64,000 nt of DNA, from NCBI GenBank assembly GCA_002724555.1, contig PBOZ01000059.1:23-64022 (forward strand), read 5' to 3'. Positions 8,269-17,371 of the stretch are shown here, piece after piece. A model generated the notes under the pieces. The model made no database searches. It was not told the DNA's origin and saw only the letters and a list, made by a program, of their open reading frames with translations. Within the stretch, counting starts at the first letter, position 1, and each line of letters starts with the position of its first letter. The DNA comes from Rickettsiales bacterium. GTDB lineage: Bacteria; Pseudomonadota; Alphaproteobacteria; UBA8366. Both the position numbers and the translations under genes were made by a program.

Positions 8269-9333
8269 ATGTTCCCGTTCGCACTCGCCCGCCCCGTCCT
8301 GCATTTATTCGACGCCGAGACCGCACACGGTCTCGTAGTTTGGGCGCTGAAGTCAGGACTCGTTGGCGGTGACAGCATATCAGACGATGCCGTATTGGCG
8401 CAGTCTCTCTGGGGGCTTAACTTTCCCAATCCGATTGGACTAGCGGCTGGATTCGACAAGGATGCCGAAGTGCCAGACGCTATGCTGCGCATCGGGCTCG
8501 GCTTTGTCGAAGCCGGCACCGTGACGCCGCGCCCGCAGCAGGGTAATCCGAAACCACGCCTTTTTCGCCTTTCTGATGACGAGGCGGTAATCAATCGCCT
8601 TGGCTTTAATAGCGGTGGACTGGAGGCGTATGCGGCGCGGCTTGAAGCTCGGGGCATGCGGTCTGGGATTGTTGGTGCAAATGTAGGTAAGAACAAAGAG
8701 ACCGAACAAGCCGAAGACGACTATGTGATAGGCATTGAGCGATTAACGCTGCTTTCGGATTATATCGTTGTTAATGTCTCGTCGCCGAATACCGAGGGAC
8801 TTCGGGCCTTGCAGGCAAGAGAAAGTCTGGCGCGATTGCTTAGTGCTTCGATGGATGCGCGCGCGCGGGCTTCGAGAGATATTACGAAAATGCCACCGCT
8901 ACTGGTTAAGGTTGCGCCCGATCTCGATACAAGCGAAATGCATGATATAGCAGATGTCGTTGTGTCTTCCGGTATCGACGGGTTGGTCGTCGGCAACACA
9001 ACTATCGACCGACCAGCGGGTTTGCACAGTCCAGATAAATCGCAAGCGGGCGGCCTCTCGGGTAAGCCGTTGATGGAGAAGTCAACGAAATGTCTGGCCG
9101 AATTTTACCGACTGACCGAGGGGAAAATCCCACTAATCGGTTGTGGTGGAATAGCCTCCGGTGCAGACGCTTATGCAAAGATTAGGGCCGGCGCCTCGCT
9201 GGTACAGCTCTATACTGCGCTGGTTTTCCAGGGCCCGGGGCTTGTAGGGCGCATCAAACGAGAATTGGCGGCATTGTTGAAAGAGGATGGATTTGCCAAT
9301 GTCAGCGAGGCGATTGCCGCTGATCATAAGTAG
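8269..9333 (+). CDS. pyrD: dihydroorotate dehydrogenase (quinone), class 2
   Basis: 354 aa. LFDAETAHGL, NPIGLAAGFDKDAEV, GFVEAGTVTPRPQQGNPKPRLFRL, NVSSPNT, GGLSGKPL and GCGGIASGADA are the canonical class 2 PyrD blocks. Confidence 0.92.
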   Translation: MFPFALARPVLHLFDAETAHGLVVWALKSGLVGGDSISDDAVLAQSLWGLNFPNPIGLAAGFDKDAEVPDAMLRIGLGFVEAGTVTPRPQQGNPKPRLFRLSDDEAVINRLGFNSGGLEAYAARLEARGMRSGIVGANVGKNKETEQAEDDYVIGIERLTLLSDYIVVNVSSPNTEGLRALQARESLARLLSASMDARARASRDITKMPPLLVKVAPDLDTSEMHDIADVVVSSGIDGLVVGNTTIDRPAGLHSPDKSQAGGLSGKPLMEKSTKCLAEFYRLTEGKIPLIGCGGIASGADAYAKIRAGASLVQLYTALVFQGPGLVGRIKRELAALLKEDGFANVSEAIAADHK

Positions 9334-10606
9334 CGCCGTCGCGTGCTTTTCCGGTTTTTTTTTGGCGACGTCGGCCGCTGCGGCTGGTCCGGATGCGTTT
9401 TCGCGGCCAGTCGCCGGCCTCACAGAGTATGACCAGGCGACGGTACATCTTGGCAACTCGCTTTTCCGCAAAAGCTGGCGTCCCGCACCGAGTGAGACGA
9501 CGGCGTCGGACGGGCTTGGGCCCTTATACAATGCACGAGCTTGTTCTGATTGCCATGTGGGTGACGGGCGCGGAAATCATAAGATTGGGTTAATCTTGAA
9601 GTTGAGGCAACCTGATCCGGTATACGGTGTCCAAATACAAGACAAGGCCGTTGCCGGAATTGATGCGGAGGGCCAGGTCTTAGTTCGTTATGAAGAGAGT
9701 TTCGTTGAGTTGTCGGACGGAACAATTGTTCGCCTCCGGCGCCCAATTTACGAGGTTGCCGACTTGAAATACGGTCCGTTTGCCGCCGGCATCGGGTTCA
9801 GCCCAAGGTTGGCGCCGCCGGTCTTTGGACTTGGCCTTCTGGAAGCTGTCGACGTTGCTGAGATTTTAGCTTATGACGACCCAAAAGATCTTGATGGTGA
9901 CGGTATTTCTGGCCGCGCGAACGGCGTACGGAGCGAAGCACACAACGATCTCCGGCTTGGGCGTTTTGGTTGGAAGGCTGGGCACGCAACGGTTGCTGAC
10001 CAGAATGCAGTTGCGCTTTCAAATGATATCGGCATTGCCAATTCGCTATATCCAGCACTCTGGGGTGATTGCACGGTGGCGCAGATTGATTGTCAGCAAG
10101 CGCCGCATGGCGGAAACGAGCGGCATAATGGCTTGGAAATCTCTGCAAAAGTTGTGCGCCATTTGACGTTTTATTTGCAGGCGTTGGGTGCGCCACCGCC
10201 GCGTGCAGGAACTGCAGCGGGACAACTCCTCTTCCGACGTACTGGCTGTGCGGCATGTCATCGGGAAGAAATGCGAACTGGGGATGATCATCCGTTGGTC
10301 GCTCTGCGCAGTCGGACAATTCGGCCTTATACGGATTTGTTACTACACGATATGGGAGATGAGCTTGCAGATGGTATGACTGAAGGTAAGGCGACTGGGC
10401 GGGAATGGCGGACTGCGCCACTGTGGGGAATTGGTCTGACGGATGCGGTGAATGGGAATACTTTCTATCTACACGATGGACGGGCACGCAGCTTGACCGA
10501 AGCGATTTTGTGGCACGGTGGAGAGGGGGCGTCGGCTCGAGAAAAATTCAAAAAACTTTCAGTGGGACAAAGGGTGGCGCTACTGGAATTTCTGCGCACG
10601 CTGTGA
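9299..10606 (+). CDS. DUF1111-family di-haem cytochrome c protein (putative secreted oxidoreductase)
   Basis: Two CxxCH motifs (CSDCH, CAACH). Signal-peptide-like N-terminus MSARRLPLIISSAVACFSGFFLATSAAAA. ORF-track start is 9287; ATG 9299 has better spacing to AGAGGA. Either start overlaps the pyrD 3' end. Confidence 0.75.
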   Translation: MSARRLPLIISSAVACFSGFFLATSAAAAGPDAFSRPVAGLTEYDQATVHLGNSLFRKSWRPAPSETTASDGLGPLYNARACSDCHVGDGRGNHKIGLILKLRQPDPVYGVQIQDKAVAGIDAEGQVLVRYEESFVELSDGTIVRLRRPIYEVADLKYGPFAAGIGFSPRLAPPVFGLGLLEAVDVAEILAYDDPKDLDGDGISGRANGVRSEAHNDLRLGRFGWKAGHATVADQNAVALSNDIGIANSLYPALWGDCTVAQIDCQQAPHGGNERHNGLEISAKVVRHLTFYLQALGAPPPRAGTAAGQLLFRRTGCAACHREEMRTGDDHPLVALRSRTIRPYTDLLLHDMGDELADGMTEGKATGREWRTAPLWGIGLTDAVNGNTFYLHDGRARSLTEAILWHGGEGASAREKFKKLSVGQRVALLEFLRTL

Positions 10607-10668
10607 GGATGGAACTGGACCTCACGGATTGACGGACCAACTTTCCCAACAACGGATGGGGTTAAGAT

Positions 10669-12819
10669 ATGAGCGTGTTGAAGGGATTGACGGTCTTGCA
10701 AGTCGGTGCCGGACTAGCCGCGGCCGTTTGCGGCCGTATCTTTGCGGATGTTGGTGCCAATGTGTTTTCTTACGAGCCTGCGCAGGGAGCGCCAATTGCA
10801 GAACATCTCAATGGCGGCAAATTTATCGTAACCGATTTGCCGAGGCGCGCAGAGGTTGTGGTGGTGGAAGGGGGACCGGCCGCATTAGCTTCTAAAGGAT
10901 GGGACCTGGATACGATGCGGGGTCACTATCCGAACGCCGCCATTATCTATATTTCACCCTTTGGCCAGACCGGGCCGGACGCCGATAAACCGGCAACTGA
11001 CCTCACTCTTTTTTGCGCCAGTGCGATTGCACGCTGTCTAACCGGCCAGGTTGATGATTTGTCGGAAGCACCGTTGCGTGCGGTTGGTGAGCAGTCTGCC
11101 TTCATTGGGGGGCTTGCCGCTTCCTGTGCTGGGATGCATGCAGCGCTTCTGGCGCGTCCGGCTGTTGTCGATGTTTCGATCCAAGAGGCCTTGGCTACAC
11201 TTTCTATGACGGAATTAACGAAGGCTGGTATGGGCGGCAGTGGATGGTCCCGCAAACGGTTGACTGACGGCAACGGTGCGACGGTTTGCATTCTCCCTGC
11301 AAGCGATGGTTTTGCCGCCATTTCACCGCGCGAGGATCATCAATGGGCAGCTTGGCTTGAAGCCATGGGTTCGCCAGCTTGGGGCCATGATGCTCGGTTC
11401 GCGACCAAGCAGGATCGGATACAGAACTGGGACGAACTCCACACCTTGATGTCTGTCTGGAGCCGACAGCGCGATAAACAGTTGATTGCAAGGCTCGCAC
11501 AAAAGGCCCATGTTCCAAGCTTCCCGCTAAAAGAACCTACCGAACACCTGACATCACATCAGCTCGAAAGCCGATGCGCTTTTAGGAAGTTGGAAATTGA
11601 TGGTGCCGTGATAAAAACAATTAAAAGTCCCTTTCGAATTGATTTTGTTGCGGGTGATAAGCCAGTTAACCAGCCACCTCTTGGTTCTTTGCCGCTTTCT
11701 GGTGTCCGTGTCCTGGATTTTAGCTGGGTGATCGCTGGCCCGACTGCGACCCGTTATTTGGCGGCGATGGGAGCGGAAGTGATTAAAGTAGAGGCGCCCG
11801 GCCGAGGAGACCCGGGGCGGGCCTCCGAGCTTCATAACGTGCTTGGGCAAGCTAAAGAAGGCATCGTATTGGATCTAAAACAGCCAGAGGCGCTCGATAT
11901 TGCGCGCAATTTGGTTTGTAAATCTGACATATTGATTGAGAATTACGCAACGGGTGTCATGGACCGTTTAGGGCTTGGCGCTGACGCGCTCCGTAAAATT
12001 AATCCAAACTTAATATACATCTCCGCTTCTGGTATGGGACGCAATGGGCCTGAAGCGAAGGCCGTGGCATATGGAACGCTTCTGCAGTGCTATACTGGTT
12101 TTGCAGGCTTGAACCGACATCTGGGTACAACGCCGCGTGTTGGAATGGCATGGCTCGACCCAATGTGCGGTCTCAAATTGGCATTTGTCGCTGCCGCATC
12201 GATCTGGCGACGACAGCGCGCGGGCGGAGGTGCTCGGGTCGACTTCTCAATGGTTGAAGCTATGCTGTGGACCATGGCGGAGCCGCTAATACAGTGTCAG
12301 CTTGCTGGACGTATGGAGCCGCAGGGAAATTATTCGGCGACTTATAGCCCGCATGGTATCTTCCCCTGCCAGGGGACAGATGCCTGGATCGGTATTACCG
12401 TTACTGATGACGTTCAGTGGTCAGGGCTTTGCGACCTGATCCCTGGATTAGCGCCATATCGACAAAGAGGGGATATGGAACGACGAGAGGTTGAAGGTGA
12501 AATAGAGCAAATAATGACCGATTGGATATCGAAACGTTCATCGACGGAAGCGGCGTTACAGATTTCTGCACTTAAAATTCCCGTCGCGGTTTTAGCTACC
12601 ACTCAAGACTTAGCTAAGAGCCCACACCTAATGACACGAGGTTTCTGGGATGAATGGAAAGAGGGACATTTGCCCGGTCTACCCTGGCAGGCGGATTTTG
12701 GGCGTGCGGTAGGAAACGCCCCGGACCTTGGAGAACATACCGACAGCGTGGTGAATAGGGTTTTGGAATTATCGGATGCAGATATTGCTGGCCTAAGAGA
12801 GCGCGGAGCTTTCGGTTAA
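10669..12819 (+). CDS. tandem-duplicated family III (CaiB/BaiF/Frc-type) CoA-transferase
   Basis: 716 aa holding two family III N-terminal signatures: LKGLTVLQVGAGLAAAVCGRIFADVGANVFSYEP at aa 4-37 and LSGVRVLDFSWVIAGPTATRYLAAMGAEVIKVEAPGRGDP at about aa 343-382. Each is followed by its own GQTGP-like or ISASGMGRNGP block. Confidence 0.8.
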   Translation: MSVLKGLTVLQVGAGLAAAVCGRIFADVGANVFSYEPAQGAPIAEHLNGGKFIVTDLPRRAEVVVVEGGPAALASKGWDLDTMRGHYPNAAIIYISPFGQTGPDADKPATDLTLFCASAIARCLTGQVDDLSEAPLRAVGEQSAFIGGLAASCAGMHAALLARPAVVDVSIQEALATLSMTELTKAGMGGSGWSRKRLTDGNGATVCILPASDGFAAISPREDHQWAAWLEAMGSPAWGHDARFATKQDRIQNWDELHTLMSVWSRQRDKQLIARLAQKAHVPSFPLKEPTEHLTSHQLESRCAFRKLEIDGAVIKTIKSPFRIDFVAGDKPVNQPPLGSLPLSGVRVLDFSWVIAGPTATRYLAAMGAEVIKVEAPGRGDPGRASELHNVLGQAKEGIVLDLKQPEALDIARNLVCKSDILIENYATGVMDRLGLGADALRKINPNLIYISASGMGRNGPEAKAVAYGTLLQCYTGFAGLNRHLGTTPRVGMAWLDPMCGLKLAFVAAASIWRRQRAGGGARVDFSMVEAMLWTMAEPLIQCQLAGRMEPQGNYSATYSPHGIFPCQGTDAWIGITVTDDVQWSGLCDLIPGLAPYRQRGDMERREVEGEIEQIMTDWISKRSSTEAALQISALKIPVAVLATTQDLAKSPHLMTRGFWDEWKEGHLPGLPWQADFGRAVGNAPDLGEHTDSVVNRVLELSDADIAGLRERGAFG

Positions 12820-12821
12820 GT

Positions 12822-13760
12822 TCAGTATTCACCGCTTCGATAGGCATCTTCCAGTCTTTCTATATCTTCTTCACTCCATTCAGGCCAAGGTTCACCTCGT
12901 TTGCGAAGTGTGCCAGTGAAATTTGGAGAGCGTTTTTCATTGAAGGCCTGTCGTCCTTCTTCGCCATCCATTGTCGTCTGAATCAGCATCGAATTGATTA
13001 TGTTTTGAATATGCCATGCTTGGTCAGTCGGCAAATCGCCGAAGCGGACGACAAACTCTTTCATCATACGTACGGCAACGGGAGGGAGCGAGACTATATG
13101 TCGGGCCATTTTCTCCGCTCTTTCCATGAGTTGCTCATGTGGCACGACTTCATTCACCAGTCCGATCCGGTGTGCTTCGGCTGCATCAAAGGGCTCGTCC
13201 GTCAGTAAGATCTTCATCGCATCGCTATACCGGAGTTGATGTGCCAACAAGCTGGCACCCGGACCGTTACCGAGCCATCCTTGCGTCAAAAGCGCGAATT
13301 TAAAACGGGCGTGCTCGGCACTTGCAATCCGAATGTCGGTAGACGAGAGGAGTAAATATAGTCCGGCACCGGCGGCCCAGCCGTTGACGGCGGCGATTAC
13401 CGGCTTCCAGACACGGGGGTAATGGTCTCCCATTCGACCGTCTACGCCAGTGGTTTGGCCATGGACGGTTCCGGCGAGTGGCCAATAGACTTTTTGGAGC
13501 CGCAGAAATTCGCGATCTTCGTCCGTTAAATCCGGGCGCGGTGTTAAGTTATGGCCACCGCAGAAATGTTTATCGCCTTTACCAGTAACAATGGCACAAC
13601 GAATATCTTTATCTTCCCACAAGTCGATCCAGGCGGCAGAAATATCGTCTGAGGTTGGCTTGTCGAGAATATTAGCCTTTTCAGGATTATTGAGCGTGAT
13701 ATAGGCGACGCTGTTTCGTTTTTCATAGTCGATGGGCACAATAGTTCTCCCTTTGTGCAT
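12822..13760 (-). CDS. enoyl-CoA hydratase/isomerase (crotonase) family protein
   Basis: 312 aa. VAYITLNNPEKANILD, AIVTGKGDKHFCGGHNL and PVIAAVNGWAAGAGLYLLLSSTDIRIAS are classic crotonase blocks. Its stop lies 2 nt from the convergent CoA-transferase stop. Confidence 0.85.
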   Translation of the reverse strand: MHKGRTIVPIDYEKRNSVAYITLNNPEKANILDKPTSDDISAAWIDLWEDKDIRCAIVTGKGDKHFCGGHNLTPRPDLTDEDREFLRLQKVYWPLAGTVHGQTTGVDGRMGDHYPRVWKPVIAAVNGWAAGAGLYLLLSSTDIRIASAEHARFKFALLTQGWLGNGPGASLLAHQLRYSDAMKILLTDEPFDAAEAHRIGLVNEVVPHEQLMERAEKMARHIVSLPPVAVRMMKEFVVRFGDLPTDQAWHIQNIINSMLIQTTMDGEEGRQAFNEKRSPNFTGTLRKRGEPWPEWSEEDIERLEDAYRSGEY

Positions 13761-13888
13761 CTGTCTTTGCTTCTTGAAGATAGACCGATTAATTGAAAAA
13801 CAGCCCTACGGTGTAGTTTCAAGCTGGCCAGTAGACGGGCCGAACCTACCTAAATGTCAGCCACTCAACTAGACATAGGCGTCTCGAC

Positions 13889-16800
13889 ATGGTGCTCAAA
13901 ACGGTCTCGCTCGACGATAAATACGATGGCCGAGAAGGTTCGGTCTATATTACGGGTACGCAAGCATTAGTCCGCGCAGCGATGATGCAGCACATCCGTG
14001 ATATGGCAGATGGCCTTAAAACGGGATGTTTCATTTCTGGTTACCGCGGTTCGCCGATGCATAACCTTGACAAGGAGCTTTGGGCGGGTAAGCGGTTTTT
14101 ACCGGATTTCGACATTCATTTCCTGCCGGCCATAAATGAAGATCTTGCAGCCACAGCGATATGGGGCACCCAGCAGGCTGGCATGTTTGGGGATGGTAAC
14201 TTCGATGGTGTATTCTCGATATGGTACGGCAAGGGGCCGGGGATTGATCGCAGTATAGACGCCATTCGTCATGGGCATCAGGCAGGCTCGTCGCAGCACG
14301 GTGGCGTGCTGTGCGTTGTGGGTGATGATCATGCATTGTCTTCTACAGATTCACCAGCGGCGCACGAACCGCTTTTCGCTGATTTGTTGATGCCGGTGCT
14401 TTATCCGGCGAATGTGCAAGAAGTCATCGACTATGCCCTCTATGGCTGGGCATTATCTCGGTTTTCCGGGTGTTGGGTTGGCCTGAAGTTAATCCCTGAT
14501 ACAGTGGACGCTGTGGCGCCCATCGATGCGAATCCCATGCGCCCAGCCATTGTGCAGCCTAATGATGTCACCATGCCGCCGGGCGGCCTGAATATTCGCT
14601 TTCCTGATTCATGGAAGGATCAGGAGCCGCGCAGTCATATTTATAAAATGCCAGCGGCAATCGCTTTTGCTCGGGCCAATGGCATTAACCGCATTACGCA
14701 ACGAAGTGCGAAACCACGTTTTGGTATAATCGCTAGCGGTAAGGCCTGGACAGACGCACGGCAGGCGTTAGTCGAACTTGGATTAGATGGCCAAACAGGT
14801 GCGGAGCTTGGCATCTCGATGTTGAAGATTGGTATGCCATGGCCTGCTGATGAAGCCCTGCTCCGCGAATTTGCAGACGGTCTTGAAGAAGTCTTCGTCG
14901 TTGAAGAAAAACATCCAATGATGGAGAGCCAATTAAAGAGCGCTTTATACCAGCTGCCGGATGGTCGCCGACCCCGGATTATTGGACAACATGACGACAC
15001 CGGTACACGAATTTTGCCAATTTTTCCAGAATTCACGCCGGAAGACATAACCCGCGTTATCGCGAAACGCATTTCGCATTTCTACTCCAGTGAGCGGATC
15101 GATGCCCGTCTCAGTTTTTTAGATGCCCGCGCCGTTGCAGACAGCAAACGTAATGAACTAAGCGTCACGCGCTTGCCCTATTTTTGCTCGGGTTGTCCAC
15201 ATAACTCTTCAACTAAGGTGCCGGATGGCAGTCGTGCGCATGGCGGCGTCGGCTGCCATTACATGTCGACTTATATGGACCGTAACGTTTTGACGCACTG
15301 CCATATGGGTGGTGAGGGTTTGACGTGGGTTGGTCAAGAAAAGTTTGTAAAGACTGAGCATGTTTTCCAGAACCTTGGTGACGGGACGTACTATCATTCT
15401 GGCATTCTTGCAATCCGTGCCTGTGTTGCGGCTGAGAGCAACATCACTTTTAAGGTTTTATTTAATGATGCGGTGGCTATGACCGGCGGGCAACCGATTG
15501 ACGGACCGCTCACACCAATGGCAATCGCTGCGCAGGTGGCAGCGGAAGGCGTGAAGGAAATTGCGGTGGTCACTGATGAGCCGGAAAAGTATCCGTTGGG
15601 GGCTTTCTCGCGCGATATTAAAGTTGAACATCGTCAGGCGCTCGACCGTGTTCAAAGGCAGATGCGGGAGACGAAAGGCGTCACTGTGATTATCTACGAC
15701 CAGACTTGTGCGGCGGAAAAACGTCGGCGGCGCAAGCGGGGCCAGATGGTAGACCCACCGCGTCGCATGCTCATTAACGATCTGGTCTGCGAGGGTTGTG
15801 GCGATTGTAATGAAAAATCCAACTGCCTTTCAGTTGTGCCATTGGATACCACGTTCGGTCGCAAACGACAGATTGACCAATCGGCCTGCAACAAAGATTT
15901 TTCTTGCGCCGATGGGTTTTGCCCAAGTTTCGTGAGCGTGATGGGCGGCGAGATGAAGCGAACTGCGACCACGACTGTCGTGCCCGCGCATCTAACCTAT
16001 CTGCCAGAGCCTAATCGCCCTCAGTTCAGTGATCGGAAGACTTACAGCGTCCTTGTAGCCGGTGTCGGTGGCACCGGTGTTGTTACGATTGGCGCACTGT
16101 TGACGATGGGCGCGCATATGGAAGGCAATGTCTTTTCCACCGTCGATCAATTCGGAATGGCGCAGAAGGGTGGCGCGGTGACCAGCCATATTCGGCTGGC
16201 CGCAACTGAAAGCGATATTACGGCGGTGAAACTAAACCTCGGTGCTGCCGACCTAGTGCTAGGCTGTGATAGTCTTGTAACAGGTGGTGAGGTGGCCTTG
16301 GCGACAATGTCACAGGAACGAACGCAGGTGATTGTTAACAGCCATGAACAGATCACTGGGCATTTCACCCGGAATCCCGACCTTAAGTTCCCGGGCGATG
16401 AACTTGGCGCTCGTATTACCGAGGCGGCTGGCCACGAAAGTGTAGACCGCATCGATGCGACGAAGCTGGCAACGCGGCTTCTGGGGGATTCGATTGCAAC
16501 CAATCTCTTTATGTTAGGTTACGCCTATCAGCGCGGTCTTATTCCCGTTAGCTCAGAAGCTATATTCAAAGCGATCGAGCTAAACGGCGTTGCTATAGAC
16601 ATGAATAAATCGGCGTTCGACTGGGGCCGGCGTGCGGTATTGGATATGGAGGCTGTCCGCAGGGCAGCTGAAAGCACAGCGGTCGAACGTGATATGCCAG
16701 CGACTTTGGAAGAGATCGTCGCCCATCGCAGCCGTGAATTGACGGCATATCAGAATGGCAAATACGCGATACGTTACCAGGCGCTTGTCGAAACTGTGCG

Positions 16801-17365
16801 AAAAGCTGAGAAGGAAAAGGCTGCCGGTATGTCCGGGTTGGCGGAGGCTGTTGCTCGCTATGGTTACAAATTGATGGCCTACAAAGACGAGTATGAAGTA
16901 GCCCGCCTTTATACTGACGGGCGTTTTGAGCATCAGTTACAAAACGCGTTCCAGGGTGATTTTGAGTTGAAGTTCCACCTAGCGCCGCCGATCCTGACAA
17001 AGCTCAATCGGGAAACGGGGCTCCGCGATAAACGGACCTACGGCGGATGGATTTTCAGCGCGATGCGAGTTCTCGCAAAATTGAAGTTTCTGCGCGGAAC
17101 GTCTTTCGACTTTTGCGGTTGGAGTGGGGAGCGCCGGATGGAACGTCAGCTTGCTGCAGAATACGAAACCATAATGCTTGAGGTTGCAAACGGATTGAAC
17201 CATGACAATCATGCTTTGGCGCTTCAGATTGCAAATGTGCCGGAACGTATTCGCGGCTATGGGCATGTCAAGGAGAAGCACCTCGAACTCGCAAATCATG
17301 AGCGTGAGGCACTACTTGAGACTTGGCGCCAGCCTTTAATGTCGTCGCCAGCAGCAGCCGAATAG
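13889..17365 (+). CDS. indolepyruvate:ferredoxin oxidoreductase-family protein (fused IorA/IorB type)
   Basis: 1158 aa. LDDKYDGREGSVYITGTQALVR, GYRGSPMHNLDKELW, cluster-binding CEGCGDCNEKSNC, and GVGGTGVVTIGALL are typical of the long fused 2-oxoacid:ferredoxin oxidoreductases of proteobacteria. Confidence 0.85.
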   Translation: MVLKTVSLDDKYDGREGSVYITGTQALVRAAMMQHIRDMADGLKTGCFISGYRGSPMHNLDKELWAGKRFLPDFDIHFLPAINEDLAATAIWGTQQAGMFGDGNFDGVFSIWYGKGPGIDRSIDAIRHGHQAGSSQHGGVLCVVGDDHALSSTDSPAAHEPLFADLLMPVLYPANVQEVIDYALYGWALSRFSGCWVGLKLIPDTVDAVAPIDANPMRPAIVQPNDVTMPPGGLNIRFPDSWKDQEPRSHIYKMPAAIAFARANGINRITQRSAKPRFGIIASGKAWTDARQALVELGLDGQTGAELGISMLKIGMPWPADEALLREFADGLEEVFVVEEKHPMMESQLKSALYQLPDGRRPRIIGQHDDTGTRILPIFPEFTPEDITRVIAKRISHFYSSERIDARLSFLDARAVADSKRNELSVTRLPYFCSGCPHNSSTKVPDGSRAHGGVGCHYMSTYMDRNVLTHCHMGGEGLTWVGQEKFVKTEHVFQNLGDGTYYHSGILAIRACVAAESNITFKVLFNDAVAMTGGQPIDGPLTPMAIAAQVAAEGVKEIAVVTDEPEKYPLGAFSRDIKVEHRQALDRVQRQMRETKGVTVIIYDQTCAAEKRRRRKRGQMVDPPRRMLINDLVCEGCGDCNEKSNCLSVVPLDTTFGRKRQIDQSACNKDFSCADGFCPSFVSVMGGEMKRTATTTVVPAHLTYLPEPNRPQFSDRKTYSVLVAGVGGTGVVTIGALLTMGAHMEGNVFSTVDQFGMAQKGGAVTSHIRLAATESDITAVKLNLGAADLVLGCDSLVTGGEVALATMSQERTQVIVNSHEQITGHFTRNPDLKFPGDELGARITEAAGHESVDRIDATKLATRLLGDSIATNLFMLGYAYQRGLIPVSSEAIFKAIELNGVAIDMNKSAFDWGRRAVLDMEAVRRAAESTAVERDMPATLEEIVAHRSRELTAYQNGKYAIRYQALVETVRKAEKEKAAGMSGLAEAVARYGYKLMAYKDEYEVARLYTDGRFEHQLQNAFQGDFELKFHLAPPILTKLNRETGLRDKRTYGGWIFSAMRVLAKLKFLRGTSFDFCGWSGERRMERQLAAEYETIMLEVANGLNHDNHALALQIANVPERIRGYGHVKEKHLELANHEREALLETWRQPLMSSPAAAE

Positions 17366-17371
17366 AACTAC

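Noticed and set aside
8043-8696. 217-aa minus-strand ORF spanning the pyrD 5' region
   Set aside because: It is an antisense shadow of pyrD and extends into non-coding DNA. The translation is low-complexity.
9798-10487. 229-aa minus-strand ORF
   Set aside because: It is an antisense shadow of the DUF1111 di-haem gene, which has two CxxCH motifs and a signal peptide.
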